Shown here: positions 1 through 12,620 of the stretch, in pieces | Numbering within the stretch: position 1 is the first letter of the stretch | How the letters are laid out: the number at the start of each line of letters is the position of its first letter | Origin: Patescibacteria group bacterium | GTDB taxonomy: Bacteria > Patescibacteriota > Patescibacteriia > UBA9934 > GWF2-40-263 | NCBI GenBank assembly: GCA_041661745.1 | Contig: JBAZTR010000005.1 | Location: 3,283-67,282 of the forward strand | Direction of reading: 5' to 3' | Length of the DNA stretch: 64,000 nt | Notes under the pieces: model-generated | Databases searched by the model: none | Told to the model about the DNA's origin: nothing | Seen by the model: only the letters and a program-made list of their open reading frames with translations | Position numbers and translations under genes: made by a program

Positions 1-878
1 GATTCGTCATTACCAGCCGAAGTGCCAAGGAAAGTTATTGCGCCGTCACCATCAGTATCGATACTGACACCAGTTGTGTTGGAATCTAACTGCAACGAAG
101 CGAATTCAACTGCCGAAGAGGTCAGGACATTTTGATCCATGTCAAAAAGCTCATTGGCGCCTTGGCCCGTATCCAAAGTGAGTGAAGTTATCCCGGCGGC
201 CAAAGTAAGGGCCCCGGCCGAGGTCAAACTGTTGGACGAAGAAAAAAATTGAATATCACCAGAACCACCGCTTTGCAAAACAAGATTATTTGCCCCGGTA
301 ACATTAATTTGCGGATTAGTTCCACCCAAAACTAAATTTCCCGAGGTAAGAACCGGAATTTGATTACCCGAAGCGCTTTGAGCCGGAGTAAAGCCGCCAA
401 CCGTATTTGAGTTAAGAGCGTAAGGGCTAGCAAAGACACGATGGCGCGGACTTAGTGTTTCAAAACTTACCGCCGCACAAGAAGAAGAAACTTGCGAGGC
501 AACTTCAATGTTTAAATAAACTGTGTCACTGTCACTAAAATTATAGTTGAGGGTATCGCCACCGGCGCTGGTGTCGCCAATACCAACACTGAAGACACCG
601 TTAGTAACGTCAACGGTCATGGTCGAAGGTGTACCGCTTGGCCAGACTTTTGAACCAGCCGATTGCGCGTCATAAAACGAGAAGCGAAAACAATAATTTC
701 CATCAAGCAAATCTCCGGTGCTATCGAGTAACCGACCCTGGTGTCCGATTATTTCTGGAACCCCGGCTGCGGCAAAAACCGTGCTTGGGAAAAGAGAGGT
801 AAAGACAAAGCAAAAACTGGTAAGAATATAACATAACTTACCAAATGTATTTTGGTTTTTCTGCGTTCTACTTCGCAT
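1..878 (-). CDS. Secreted repetitive surface protein, N-terminal part only; the 3' end runs off the window edge
   Basis: Minus-strand ATG at 878-876 gives MRSRTQKNQ... with a hydrophobic signal peptide ([16 protein letters not shown]). The rest is Gly/Ser/Thr/Asn-rich and repetitive, like an adhesin or beta-helix protein. The frame stays open to position 1. It is absent from the ORF track because there is no stop in the window. Confidence 0.5.
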   Translation of the reverse strand, partial: MRSRTQKNQNTFGKLCYILTSFCFVFTSLFPSTVFAAAGVPEIIGHQGRLLDSTGDLLDGNYCFRFSFYDAQSAGSKVWPSGTPSTMTVDVTNGVFSVGIGDTSAGGDTLNYNFSDSDTVYLNIEVASQVSSSCAAVSFETLSPRHRVFASPYALNSNTVGGFTPAQSASGNQIPVLTSGNLVLGGTNPQINVTGANNLVLQSGGSGDIQFFSSSNSLTSAGALTLAAGITSLTLDTGQGANELFDMDQNVLTSSAVEFASLQLDSNTTGVSIDTDGDGAITFLGTSAGNDE

Positions 879-989
879 GGCATAATTATATCATATTCAA
901 GCGAAAATTTTGGGGTTTATCCACAGTTTTTTTTGGTTTTTTTGCAAACAAAAAAAACCGGAAAACCAGTTTAAAAACTCTTTTTACTC

Positions 990-1754
990 TTAATTCCGTT
1001 TTTTTCTAAGTTTGATTAGAAAAAATATACCTCCCACCACCATTATGGCTCCAAAATATTGACCCGGTGTCAAGGACAAAAAACGAATTTCATCCACACG
1101 TAAAAAATCTAAAACGATTCTGGCCGCGCCGTATAAAATCAAGAAAGCAGCAAGCAAATTTCCCGTGGAGAATTTTCTTAAAAAAATAAACGCGATAAAA
1201 ATCACGAGACCTAACAACGAATGGTATAAACCAAGATCGTGACGAATGATTCCATCCGGATATTGAACCCCAAGGAAAAAATTTGTTGGCAGCCCCGGAT
1301 GATCATGAATCAAAAAACATCCAATACGACCAATAAAATATCCGAGCGGTAATCCAAAAATCAAAACATCGGTATATTCAAGAAGATCTAATTTTTTATA
1401 TTTTAGATATCCTAATCCGGCTATGGCCGCACCAACCAATCCTCCAATCATCGACATACCCCCATGCCACACAATAAAAATTTCTAAAGGGTTGGCCAAG
1501 TAAAACGCCGGCTCGTAAAAAACAATGTGAAAAATTCGCGCGCCAATCATGGCCCCAATAATTATAAAACCAAGCGTGTCCCAAATTATCACTGACTTTA
1601 AACCACGTTTTTTGGCTAACCAAGCGCTTGTCACTGCCCCGAAGATAAATCCAAGGGCAACAAAAAGTCCCCAAGTTTTAATAGCAATCGGAAAAATTTG
1701 AATTTCGGTGGAATTAAGATAAGGAATCACATTTTTGGCTGTTTTTTGTGCCAA
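990..1754 (-). CDS. lgt: Prolipoprotein diacylglyceryl transferase
   Basis: 254-aa polytopic membrane protein. It carries an HGG motif and a conserved C-terminal stretch (QYPDG...GLYHSLLG) typical of Lgt. Confidence 0.65.
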   Translation of the reverse strand: MAQKTAKNVIPYLNSTEIQIFPIAIKTWGLFVALGFIFGAVTSAWLAKKRGLKSVIIWDTLGFIIIGAMIGARIFHIVFYEPAFYLANPLEIFIVWHGGMSMIGGLVGAAIAGLGYLKYKKLDLLEYTDVLIFGLPLGYFIGRIGCFLIHDHPGLPTNFFLGVQYPDGIIRHDLGLYHSLLGLVIFIAFIFLRKFSTGNLLAAFLILYGAARIVLDFLRVDEIRFLSLTPGQYFGAIMVVGGIFFLIKLRKKRN

Positions 1755-3160
1755 TCTGTCACACTTTGGTAAAACTTCCCTGCCCTAAACAAACAAGTTT
1801 CATCAAAAGGCTTGGCCATTAACTGCAAACCAATTGGTAAGCCTTCGTCAAAGCCACAAGGCAAGGAAAGAGCCGGAATTCCCGCTAAATTAGCGGAAAC
1901 TGTGTATATATCCGAAAGATACATGGCTAAAGGATCGTTAAACTTATCCCCAATGTCCCAAGCCACGGTCGGCGAGGTTGGTGTGATGATAACATCAACG
2001 TGTTTAAAAGCTTCCTCAAAATCACGGCGAATCAATTCACGCACACGTAAGGCTTTTTTGTAGTAAGCATCAGAGTAACCTTTTGAGAGAGCAAAACTTC
2101 CTAACATAATGCGGCGCTTGGTTTCCGCACCAAAACCTTCGCCCCGGGCTTTTAGATAAGTTGTTAAAAGATTTTCTCCGTCAACGGCGTGACCAAAACG
2201 AATCCCGTCCATACGTGCCAAGTTTGAACTGACTTCACATGGCATAACGATGTAATAAGCAGCAATGGCGTACTCGGTGTGCGGCAAAGAAATTTCTTTA
2301 ACCTCGGCCCCGTTATTTCGTAAAACTTCGATTGCTTCGAGAACCGCTTTTTTAACTTCAACATCCATGCCTTTAACAAAATATTCTTTTGGAACACCGA
2401 CTCGCAGACCCTTGATGTCGTTCGGAATTAATTCGGGAATAACGACGTCTGTTTCAACGGCCGTGGCGTCCTTATCATCATTGCCGGCAATCACGGAAAA
2501 AACTTCGGCCACGTCTTCAACAGTGTGAGCACAGACACCAATTTGATCTAGCGAAGAGCCCAAAGCTATGGCCCCGTAACGACTAACGCGGCCGTAGGTG
2601 GGCTTTAAGCCCACCACGCCGCATAATGCGGCGGGCTGCCGGACCGAGCCGCCCGTATCGGTTCCCAGGGCGGCCGGCACAAAGCCGGCAGCCACGGCCG
2701 CGATTGATCCGCCAGACGAGCCGCCAGGCGTTTTTTTAATATTCCAAGGATTTTTGGTGGGAAAAAATGCTGAATTTTCAGTCGATGAACCCATGGCAAA
2801 TTCGTCCATGTTGGTTTCGCCGATAATTATGGCGCCAGCCTCACGTAATCTTTTAATAACCGTGGCGTCATAAACCGCTTCATATTCTTGGAGCATTTTA
2901 GAACCGGCCGTGGCTTTACGACCAGCTACAAGAATATTATTTTTAACAGCAATGGGAATGCCGGCCAAGCGTCCTTTTTTATTTTTTATATCATGAGCTT
3001 CGGCTAACGCCTCGTCATTAGCCACATGCAAAAAAGCATTGATCTCGTGATCGTGTTTTTTTATTCGTTCAAGTGAATTTTCTATAACCGCTTCGGCTGA
3101 AACTTTTTTATCAGCCAAAAGTTTTTTTATTTCACTAATCGTTAAAAAAGATGTGTCCAT
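1727..3160 (-). CDS. gatA: Glu-tRNA(Gln)/Asp-tRNA(Asn) amidotransferase subunit A
   Basis: 477 aa with the amidase signature GGSSGGSIAAVAAG. The conserved N-terminus (TISEIKKLL...) sits next to gatC. Confidence 0.9.
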   Translation of the reverse strand: MDTSFLTISEIKKLLADKKVSAEAVIENSLERIKKHDHEINAFLHVANDEALAEAHDIKNKKGRLAGIPIAVKNNILVAGRKATAGSKMLQEYEAVYDATVIKRLREAGAIIIGETNMDEFAMGSSTENSAFFPTKNPWNIKKTPGGSSGGSIAAVAAGFVPAALGTDTGGSVRQPAALCGVVGLKPTYGRVSRYGAIALGSSLDQIGVCAHTVEDVAEVFSVIAGNDDKDATAVETDVVIPELIPNDIKGLRVGVPKEYFVKGMDVEVKKAVLEAIEVLRNNGAEVKEISLPHTEYAIAAYYIVMPCEVSSNLARMDGIRFGHAVDGENLLTTYLKARGEGFGAETKRRIMLGSFALSKGYSDAYYKKALRVRELIRRDFEEAFKHVDVIITPTSPTVAWDIGDKFNDPLAMYLSDIYTVSANLAGIPALSLPCGFDEGLPIGLQLMAKPFDETCLFRAGKFYQSVTDWHKKQPKM

Positions 3161-3165
3161 ATTTT

Positions 3166-3471
3166 CTATTCTGTTCGGCTCTCAAAAACCGCGGGCACTT
3201 CAAGCAACGCACCAGACTTTCGCGGAAAAGAATTAATGGCCGCGTCGCGTTCGTCCGGGTCAACCGCCTGCGCTTCATCGACACGCCAAACGTTATTAGA
3301 AATCGCTCCAGTCGCCATTTCTGGAACATTGGTTGTATCGACTTCGGCCAGTTTATCAACATAACCGATAATTGACTCAAAATAACCGCGATAGGCTTCA
3401 ACCTCGTCATTAGCGATCTCCAAACGCGAAAGTTTGGCTATATGTTTAATGTCATCTGTGGAAAACTCCAT
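3166..3471 (-). CDS. gatC: Glu-tRNA(Gln) amidotransferase subunit C
   Basis: 101-aa protein with the GatC N-terminal region (IKHIAKLSRLEI...). It lies directly upstream of gatA. Confidence 0.8.
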   Translation of the reverse strand: MEFSTDDIKHIAKLSRLEIANDEVEAYRGYFESIIGYVDKLAEVDTTNVPEMATGAISNNVWRVDEAQAVDPDERDAAINSFPRKSGALLEVPAVFESRTE

Positions 3472-3472
3472 A

Positions 3473-6053
<2,581 letters not shown>

Positions 6054-6064
6054 ATTTCATTGAT

Positions 6065-6442
6065 TTAGTGGGCGAGTAATAAATTTATTTGCTCGGCCAG
6101 TTGATGTGGGGTAATTTGGCTTTTAAGAAAATATTTGCTAGCGCCGTTTTCCAAAGCTTCGGTAATTTGTTTTCGGTCGCTTAAGCCGGTTAAAACAATA
6201 ATCGGAATATTAACCAAACTTTCGACTGAACGCAGACCTTTAATCCAACGTAAGCCGGACTGTTCTTCCAAAGCGATATCAACAATTATTATATCAGGAA
6301 CGGCCAGTTTAATCTTTTTATCAGCTTCGGAAAAATTTTTAACCGCCTTGGTTTGAAATTTATGAACGGTAAAATGCCGGGCGCAAATATCAGCAAAAAA
6401 GGCATCGTCTTCAATCATTAAAACAACTGGTTTCCGACGCAT
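6065..6442 (-). CDS. Response regulator receiver-domain protein (CheY-like, single domain)
   Basis: 125 aa. The acidic pocket (IEDD...D) and the beta5 region (IIVLTG) are typical of a REC domain. Confidence 0.65.
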   Translation of the reverse strand: MRRKPVVLMIEDDAFFADICARHFTVHKFQTKAVKNFSEADKKIKLAVPDIIIVDIALEEQSGLRWIKGLRSVESLVNIPIIVLTGLSDRKQITEALENGASKYFLKSQITPHQLAEQINLLLAH

Positions 6443-6444
6443 AC

Positions 6445-7554
6445 TTAATCGATTTCGCGCATGGCTAAACCAATAGCCACGGCCAGCTTAGGCCCAATTT
6501 CTTCAAGAGCCGGGCGAAGTTCATCAGGCGCGACTACCCGAGCCCAAGGATCACCAACATAAACATTTACATTCATAGCCTTGGTCAACTCCTCAATTAA
6601 CGATGGCAAATGAGCTGAACCGCCGGTCAAAATTATTTTTTCAATTTTTTTGCCATCAGTCAATTCCATTTTGGAGTAAGATTCAGCGGCAAATTTTATT
6701 TCGTTTAGCATGGGCTGGAGAATTGAACCAAGAACGTTAGACAACCCGTTCGGCGGCGCGGCCCCGGCTTCTGAGACATTACCTAAATCTTGTTTAAAGC
6801 GCTCAGCCTCGGCTTCGGAAACATGAAGTAACTCCATGATTTTTTTTGTAACCGTACCACCACCGACATTAATACTGCGCGTTAAAAATGGTACGCCTTT
6901 TTCGACAACCATTAAATTAGTGCGAACATACCCCATGTCAACAATCATGACTGTGCTTTTATCCTTACCAACCAAAGCGCGAATCAAAGCAAACGCTTCG
7001 GTGTCTAAAGCAACCAATTCAATTTTCGACAACTTAAAAATTTCAATATATTTTTGCACCAACGATTTGGCCGCGCCAGTCACCAACACCCGAACATATT
7101 CTTGTTTTTTTGGTTGATTTGGTAAAACCGGAGCAACGGGAGCAATCGGCTTTTCAATTTTAATTGGATCAATAAAAGTGGAGTAAGTAATCATGTCCTC
7201 GAGCGGCATGGGGGTAAGCTTTTTTACCTGCTCATTAACTGCGGCTTTAATTTCTTTTTCATCCTTGCCGCGCGGCACAGCCACGATTGCTGAAAACACA
7301 CTCGAAAGTGGCAATGCCCCGATAGCCCGTACCGAGGTCATACCCGACTGTTTGAAAATAGAAGTGATCATTTCGCTTGTCCCTTTAGGATCTTCAAGCG
7401 GATGCAAAACATCAGCCGAGCTGCGCTCGGAATATCCATAGGTAATAAGCCGCCCACGGCCCTTTTCGTTCATGAGTTCGACAATTTTAATTCCCCCGGC
7501 CCCGATGTCGATGCCCAAATAATTTTTGGTTTGTTTTTTTCCAAAGCCGAACAT
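6445..7554 (-). CDS. pilM: Type IV pilus assembly ATPase-like protein
   Basis: 369 aa with an actin/FtsA-like fold. The N-terminus (LGIDIGAGGIKIVEL) is characteristic of PilM. Confidence 0.7.
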   Translation of the reverse strand: MFGFGKKQTKNYLGIDIGAGGIKIVELMNEKGRGRLITYGYSERSSADVLHPLEDPKGTSEMITSIFKQSGMTSVRAIGALPLSSVFSAIVAVPRGKDEKEIKAAVNEQVKKLTPMPLEDMITYSTFIDPIKIEKPIAPVAPVLPNQPKKQEYVRVLVTGAAKSLVQKYIEIFKLSKIELVALDTEAFALIRALVGKDKSTVMIVDMGYVRTNLMVVEKGVPFLTRSINVGGGTVTKKIMELLHVSEAEAERFKQDLGNVSEAGAAPPNGLSNVLGSILQPMLNEIKFAAESYSKMELTDGKKIEKIILTGGSAHLPSLIEELTKAMNVNVYVGDPWARVVAPDELRPALEEIGPKLAVAIGLAMREID

Positions 7555-7635
7555 AGCTTGCTACGCCGAAGCTTAATTGCGAAGGCGAGTGCGTTAATTA
7601 TAACACAAGTCAAGAGAGAGGTTAAGGTGTTTAAA

Positions 7636-7662
7636 AAGAATAAAAAAGGCCGCTTGGAAGCG
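7636..7662 (-). terminator. Rho-independent terminator of the island-1 gene
   Basis: On the minus strand, a GCCGCTTCCAAGCGGC hairpin is followed by TTTTTTATTCTTTTT. Confidence 0.55.
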
Positions 7663-7691
7663 GCAGGAGGTGACGAAGTCGAGGTAGCCGA

Positions 7692-8222
7692 CTATTCGGG
7701 CAGGTCGACCAGGGCGAAGCCGCCGTAGTCGTGGTAGTAAACCGTGTGGGGAGATTTGTTCTCCCAAACGTTGACGAGATCGTGGCCACGAAAATCCGTG
7801 AAGGTTTTCTCGAGGTCCCACAGATCGTCGTAGGCGTTCGTGTAGCTCATGCCGTCGCCCTCCCTAAAAAATCCCGGCCCACGACCACCGCGGAATTCCG
7901 TTGCTGCCGCCAGGGCGCGACGCAAGAAGTTGAGCACACCGGGCACATTCGACCGCCACCATCCCTGGTACCACATGAGCCAGATCGGCTTTCCGCGGTA
8001 GAAGATGACGGTGATGCCGAAGGAGTACCGGATCGAGTACTTGTTGGGCTTTCCGTAGGAGAGCCATGTGTCGATGTACCGGAAGTCGCCCTCACCGAAG
8101 GTCATCATCTTGGCCTTGGGAAAGAACGGAAGCCTCTTCGACTCCTTGCCAGAAGCGTAGGTTTCGTTCTTGGCCATCATGAAGAAGGCCATGGTCTCGG
8201 CAACAGTCGGCAGAGCAGACAT
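7692..8222 (-). CDS. Hypothetical protein, high-GC island 1 (176 aa)
   Basis: Local GC is far above the flanks. The minus-frame protein has balanced composition, whereas the plus-frame ORFs are R/G/P-rich antisense artifacts. It has its own promoter and terminator. I could not reconcile the start codon with the track coordinate; it may be off by 1 nt. Confidence 0.45.
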   Translation of the reverse strand: MSALPTVAETMAFFMMAKNETYASGKESKRLPFFPKAKMMTFGEGDFRYIDTWLSYGKPNKYSIRYSFGITVIFYRGKPIWLMWYQGWWRSNVPGVLNFLRRALAAATEFRGGRGPGFFREGDGMSYTNAYDDLWDLEKTFTDFRGHDLVNVWENKSPHTVYYHDYGGFALVDLPE

Positions 8223-8259
8223 TTTCCTATCCTCCTGAAAGGAACGGGTTACGGCGAGA

Positions 8260-8288
8260 CCTTAACACGAAACAAAAAAGGCGGCAAA
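8260..8288 (-). promoter_or_regulatory. Sigma70-type promoter of island 1 (TTGCCG-N17-TAAGGT)
   Basis: On the minus strand the sequence reads TTGCCG + 17 nt + TAAGGT, about 37 nt upstream of the start. Confidence 0.35.
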
Positions 8289-8341
8289 CCAAAACCCGCG
8301 CCTTTTTTTTGACGCGGGATTGGCTGGTGTCGGCTTTTTTA

Positions 8342-8418
8342 TGGTGGACTCGACGGGACTTGAACCCGTAACTCTAGGTACCAACCCTAAGCGAGGTTAT
8401 CATTACCTCCACGAGCCC
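8342..8418 (-). tRNA. tRNA, probable Pro(UGG), with an atypical anticodon arm
   Basis: The minus-strand sequence is GGGCTCGTGGAGGTAATGATAACCTCGCTTAGGGTTGGTACCTAGAGTTACGGGTTCAAGTCCCGTCGAGTCCACCA. It has a 7-bp acceptor stem, a D arm, a T arm (GGGTTCAAGTCCC) and an encoded CCA. The best anticodon-arm fold is TTAGG/CCTAG with loop GTTGGTA. That fold needs 2 nt between the D and anticodon stems and puts T at position 37. Confidence 0.55.
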
Positions 8419-8490
8419 ATAAACCGACGTTTTGATAAAACAAAACAGCTCCCAAAAAGACACGTTTAAATGTCTAAAGGGGAGCTGTTT

Positions 8491-8538
8491 AGTTGGTACC
8501 TAGAGTTAAGGTTCTTAATTTAGAACCTCGCTTAGATG
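8491..8538 (+). repeat. Inverted partial copy of the adjacent tRNA (anticodon and D-arm segments)
   Basis: GGTACCTAGAGTT (8496-8508) and CCTCGCTTAG (8526-8535) are exact reverse complements of internal segments of the tRNA at 8342-8418. A perfect hairpin GGTTCT-TAATTT-AGAACC lies between them. Confidence 0.5.
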
Positions 8539-8634
8539 TTTTTATTTCATCACAAAATTAATTTTTTGTCAACCCTTCGACCAAGCTCAGGGTTGACCCC
8601 GAGCCTGTCGAGAGGGTCAATGATGTTTTGTGGA

Positions 8635-9708
8635 TTATTTTTCATCTAAATCAAATTCCTCAATCATCTGTTTTTGTTTCTTAGACAGATTCTTTGGAGT
8701 TGCTACTTTTACCAAAACTAATTGATCACCACGGCCGCGACGATTAGGCACACCTCTCCCCCGCAGGCGAAATTCGGTATGTGACTGTGTACCAGCGGGA
8801 ATTTTAAGTTCAACTTTACCTTCAACTGTTTCCACCTCAACCGTACCGCCCAAAGTAGCTGTGACAAAATTAATTGTCGTCTCAGAATGAATGTCGTATC
8901 CATCACGAATAAAGCGATCGTCGTCGCGCACCCGCAAACGAATAAACAAATCGCCCGACTGGCCGCCTTTAATTGCTTCACCTTGACCAGACAAACGTAA
9001 AGTATTGCCGTCCTCCACACCAGCCGGAATATCAACGGTTAAAGTTTTTTTATTTTTTTGTAAACCGGAACCACGACATTCACTACAGGTTTTTTCCGGC
9101 GTCTCCCCCGCCCCATCGCAAGCTGAACAATTTACTTTACTCTGAATTGCCCCGAGAATAGTGCGTTGGACACGAACCTGATAACCAGCCCCGTTGCATT
9201 CGCCGCATTTTTTCATTTTGCTGCCCGGTTCAGCGCCAATTCCGCCACAACGAGGGCAAGCTTCGGTTTTATTAAAACTAACATCTTTGGAAGCACCAAA
9301 AACACTTTCTTCAAAAGTTAAAGTTAAATCAACTTGTAAATCACGTCCGCGGTTACTTCGTTTGCGCCCGCCACCACCAAAACCAAAAGCACTGCCAAAC
9401 AAATCGCCCAAGTCGCCAATGTCGCCAAAATCAAAATTAACGCCACCTTGATTGAAACCGCCAAAACCGCCACCACCAGGAAAACCTTGCGCACCGTCAA
9501 AACCGGCCGCGCCAAACTGGTCGTAGCGCTGGCGCTTTTCCGGATCACCAAGAACTTGGTAGGCTTCGTTGATTTCCTTAAACTTGGCTTCATCACCACC
9601 GACTTTATCCGGGTGATGTTGGTGAGCCAAGGTCCGAAAAGCTTTTTTAATTTCTTCGGCTGAAGCATTTTTCTCCACCCCGAGAACTTTGTAATAATCT
9701 TTGGACAT
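8635..9708 (-). CDS. dnaJ: Chaperone DnaJ
   Basis: J domain with HPD (YYKVLGV...HHPDK), a G/F-rich region and four CxxCxGxG zinc-finger repeats. Confidence 0.9.
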   Translation of the reverse strand: MSKDYYKVLGVEKNASAEEIKKAFRTLAHQHHPDKVGGDEAKFKEINEAYQVLGDPEKRQRYDQFGAAGFDGAQGFPGGGGFGGFNQGGVNFDFGDIGDLGDLFGSAFGFGGGGRKRSNRGRDLQVDLTLTFEESVFGASKDVSFNKTEACPRCGGIGAEPGSKMKKCGECNGAGYQVRVQRTILGAIQSKVNCSACDGAGETPEKTCSECRGSGLQKNKKTLTVDIPAGVEDGNTLRLSGQGEAIKGGQSGDLFIRLRVRDDDRFIRDGYDIHSETTINFVTATLGGTVEVETVEGKVELKIPAGTQSHTEFRLRGRGVPNRRGRGDQLVLVKVATPKNLSKKQKQMIEEFDLDEK

Positions 9709-9714
9709 GAAATT

Positions 9715-10368
9715 TTATTTGATCATTTTTTCCAATCGCTCTACCGATAAGTCAAGGTAAGATTCTGTTACATCATCAACGCCAGGTAATTCATCGTTAT
9801 AACGTTTATCAATAATTCCGAGCACCGGTAACCCGGCCGCTTTGGCACTGGCCGCGCCATTTGGCGAATCCTCCACAGCCACACAACCATCTTTGTCACA
9901 ACCAAGTTTTTCAACAGCTTTCAAATAAACATCCGGGGCCGGTTTGCCGTTAGGCACTTCCTCGGTCGAAACAATCGTATCGAACATTGAGGTCCAACCG
10001 AGTCGATCGAATAAACGTTCGACGTAAGCCCGCGAAGCACTGGTAGCCACAGCGATTTTGGCACCAGCCGCTTTAAGCGCTCGCAAAAAATCTTCAACAC
10101 CGGGTTTCGGACTAACTCCTTCACTCTCTTCGATTTCTTTATATGCCGCAACCACATCCCGACCAAATTCATCAGGCTCTATAGACAAATCATAAGTTTG
10201 TGTCAGAAAAGAAAAATTTTCTTTCGCTGGTTTACTCATCAAGTGCTTCTGCAAAGCCGGGTCATATTGTTTCTCGTGCTTTTTCAAAGCCTTGGTCCAA
10301 GCCTTAGTCCAAACTGCTTCGCTGTCGACCAAAGTTCCGTCAAGATCGAAAATTACCGCTTTAAGCAT
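9715..10368 (-). CDS. HAD-superfamily hydrolase (beta-phosphoglucomutase/phosphatase-like)
   Basis: Motif I FDLDGTLVDSE is at the N-terminus, with a downstream K and D/D motifs of the HAD family. Confidence 0.75.
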   Translation of the reverse strand: MLKAVIFDLDGTLVDSEAVWTKAWTKALKKHEKQYDPALQKHLMSKPAKENFSFLTQTYDLSIEPDEFGRDVVAAYKEIEESEGVSPKPGVEDFLRALKAAGAKIAVATSASRAYVERLFDRLGWTSMFDTIVSTEEVPNGKPAPDVYLKAVEKLGCDKDGCVAVEDSPNGAASAKAAGLPVLGIIDKRYNDELPGVDDVTESYLDLSVERLEKMIK

Positions 10369-10371
10369 ATT

Positions 10372-10605
10372 TTAATAATCGCGTTTTTCTAACACCAAAC
10401 CAATGAATAAACAAACAATGATAACAGCCAGGCCGGCGGTGACCACGTGCCAATCAGCGGCTGAAGCCAGAGTTTTGTAGTAACCCGGACACAACTCTTT
10501 GCCCGGCACTTGTTCCATAGAGCAATCATTAGTGCGAACGGCGGACTGAAAAAACCATGACTCAATAGACTCCGTTTCCGCGGAGCCACTTGTTTTATGC
10601 GTCAT
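10372..10605 (-). CDS. Small hypothetical membrane protein (77 aa)
   Basis: The ORF lies between HAD and dnaK in the same orientation with a C-terminal TM helix. It has no recognisable motif. Confidence 0.3.
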   Translation of the reverse strand: MTHKTSGSAETESIESWFFQSAVRTNDCSMEQVPGKELCPGYYKTLASAADWHVVTAGLAVIIVCLFIGLVLEKRDY

Positions 10606-10607
10606 AA

Positions 10608-12512
10608 TTATTCGTCCTTCTTTTCTTTGAACTCAGCATCAACCGGACCATCTTGCTTTGGCGGTTCCTGATTTGGCGCGCTGTCTGTTTTGTTCGAAGA
10701 GTCTGAGCTTGTCGAAGACTGGTACATTTTGGTGGCAACTTTTTGCGCAGCGTTGGTTAACTCATCAGCCGCTTTCTTAATAGCTTCGTGATCATCGCCG
10801 TCTTTCACCTTCTTAAGTGCTTCAATTTTTTCTTCGATTTCTTTTTTCTCTTCGGCCGTGGCTTTATCACCGGCATCCTTTAACATTTTTTCAGCCGTGT
10901 AAATCATGGTCTCAGCCATGTTCTTGTGTTCGATCTGTTCTTTTTTCTTGGCATCTTCGACAGCATGTGCTTCAGCTTCGCGTTTCATGCGTTCGACTTC
11001 GTCTTTATTCAAACCAGTCGAAGCGGTAATGGTAATGCTTTGTTTTTGATTGGTGGCTTTGTCAGTTGCCGAAACACTCAATATACCGTTGGCATCAATA
11101 TCAAAAGAAACTTCAATCTGCGGAATACCACGCGGGGCCGGCGGCAGACCGGAAAGCATAAACTTTCCAAGAGTCTTGTTGTCAGAAGCCATGGGGCGTT
11201 CACCTTGAAGGACATGAATTTCCACGCTCGGCTGATTATCGCCAGCAGTGGAAAAAATTTGTGACTTGGAAGTCGGCACTGTGGTGTTACGAGTAATTAA
11301 CGGGGTCATGACACCGCCCAAAGTTTCGATACCAAGGGAAAGCGGAGTGACGTCGAGTAACAAAACATCTTTTACTTCGCCAGCCAGAACACCGCCTTGA
11401 ACAGCCGCGCCAATGGCCACGACTTCATCAGGGTTAACGCTAATGTTTGGTTTCTTACCAAAAAATTCTTCAACTTTTTTTAACACCAGCGGCATGCGGG
11501 TCATACCACCAACCATAACGATTTCTTCGATTTCGTTTTTGGAAAGTTTAGCATCACGAAGTGCGGCTTCGACTGGGCCAAAAGTTTTATCAACCAAATC
11601 CATTACCAATTCTTCCAACTTGGCGCGCGTCATGCTCAAAGCCAAATGTTTTGGGCCGTTGGCATCGCTGGTAATGAAAGGCTGGTTGATTTCCGTTTGC
11701 TGGGTGGTAGAAAGTTCGATCTTGGCTTTTTCTGCGGCATCCTTAATGCGTTGCAAAGCCAACGGATCCTTTGAGAGATCGATTCCTTCTTGCTTTTTGA
11801 ATTCACCAATAATCCAATCGATTAAAACGCGATCAAAATCATCGCCACCAAGGTGGGTATCGCCATTAGTCGACTTAACTTCAACTGTGTCAGCGGAAAC
11901 ATCAAGCACGGAAACGTCGAAAGTGCCGCCGCCCAGATCGTAAATTAAAATTTGTTGACCGACTTTTTTATCAAAGCCATAAGCCAAAGCCGCGGCTGTT
12001 GGTTCGTTGATAATACGCTTAACAGTGAGACCAGCGATTTCGCCAGCCGTTTTGGTGGCCGCGCGTTGTGCATCGTCAAAATAAGCCGGCACAGTAATAA
12101 CCGCTTCGGTAATTTTTTCACCAAGTTTTTCTTCGGCATCCTCTTTAAGCTTACGCAAAATCATGGCCGAAATTTCTTCAGGAGTCTGTTCCTTGCCACC
12201 CATCATTATGGCCACACCATCACCACGACGTTGAATTTTGTAAGGCAAAACCTTCAGGTCGCGTTGCACTTCGGCATCCTCCCAACGGCGGCCGATTAAG
12301 CGCTTAATGGAATACAAAGTATTTTCGGGATTAGTAACTGCCTGGCGTTTGGCCGTGGCGCCAACGGTGCGCTCACCGGTTTTGGAAATAGCCACAACCG
12401 ACGGCGTGGTCCGCGCGCCTTCCTTATTTTCTAAAACTTTTGGTTGTCCGCCCTCGATTACGGACATACAGGAGTTGGTGGTGCCGAGGTCGATTCCTAA
12501 TATTTTTGACAT
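10608..12512 (-). CDS. dnaK: Chaperone DnaK (Hsp70)
   Basis: N-terminus [15 protein letters not shown] and full-length Hsp70 signatures (DLGGGTFD, the substrate-binding domain and an acidic C-terminus). Confidence 0.95.
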   Translation of the reverse strand: MSKILGIDLGTTNSCMSVIEGGQPKVLENKEGARTTPSVVAISKTGERTVGATAKRQAVTNPENTLYSIKRLIGRRWEDAEVQRDLKVLPYKIQRRGDGVAIMMGGKEQTPEEISAMILRKLKEDAEEKLGEKITEAVITVPAYFDDAQRAATKTAGEIAGLTVKRIINEPTAAALAYGFDKKVGQQILIYDLGGGTFDVSVLDVSADTVEVKSTNGDTHLGGDDFDRVLIDWIIGEFKKQEGIDLSKDPLALQRIKDAAEKAKIELSTTQQTEINQPFITSDANGPKHLALSMTRAKLEELVMDLVDKTFGPVEAALRDAKLSKNEIEEIVMVGGMTRMPLVLKKVEEFFGKKPNISVNPDEVVAIGAAVQGGVLAGEVKDVLLLDVTPLSLGIETLGGVMTPLITRNTTVPTSKSQIFSTAGDNQPSVEIHVLQGERPMASDNKTLGKFMLSGLPPAPRGIPQIEVSFDIDANGILSVSATDKATNQKQSITITASTGLNKDEVERMKREAEAHAVEDAKKKEQIEHKNMAETMIYTAEKMLKDAGDKATAEEKKEIEEKIEALKKVKDGDDHEAIKKAADELTNAAQKVATKMYQSSTSSDSSNKTDSAPNQEPPKQDGPVDAEFKEKKDE

Positions 12513-12522
12513 ATTTATTTTT

Positions 12523-12612
12523 AGCTTGTAGCTGGTAGGAGGTAGCTTGTAGGGTTGCTTGGTTTGAATTATTCCAAACCGGCAAATCCTACAAGCTACA
12601 AGCTACTTCCTA
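12523..12612. repeat. Palindromic intergenic element, copy A (AGCTTGTAG family)
   Basis: TTTAGCTTGTAG...TAGCTTGTAGG ... CCTACAAGCTACAAGCTACTTCCTACAAGCT with an internal hairpin GGTTTGAATTATTCCAAACC. A near-identical copy lies at 37307-37404. Confidence 0.6.
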
Positions 12613-12620
12613 CAAGCTGG

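Noticed and set aside
880-989. AT-rich hairpin GGTTTTTTTGC-AAAC-AAAAAAAACC as the lgt terminator.
   Set aside because: The stem is almost entirely A/T and weak. It could not be supported as a rho-independent terminator.
1396-1674. Nested or short ORFs inside confirmed genes. Examples: 1396-1674 in lgt, 8718-9035 and 9324-9668 in dnaJ, 13356-13736 in hrcA, 28477-28767 in rarA.
   Set aside because: They are fully embedded in the alternative frames of well-supported genes. They have no independent start context and atypical composition.
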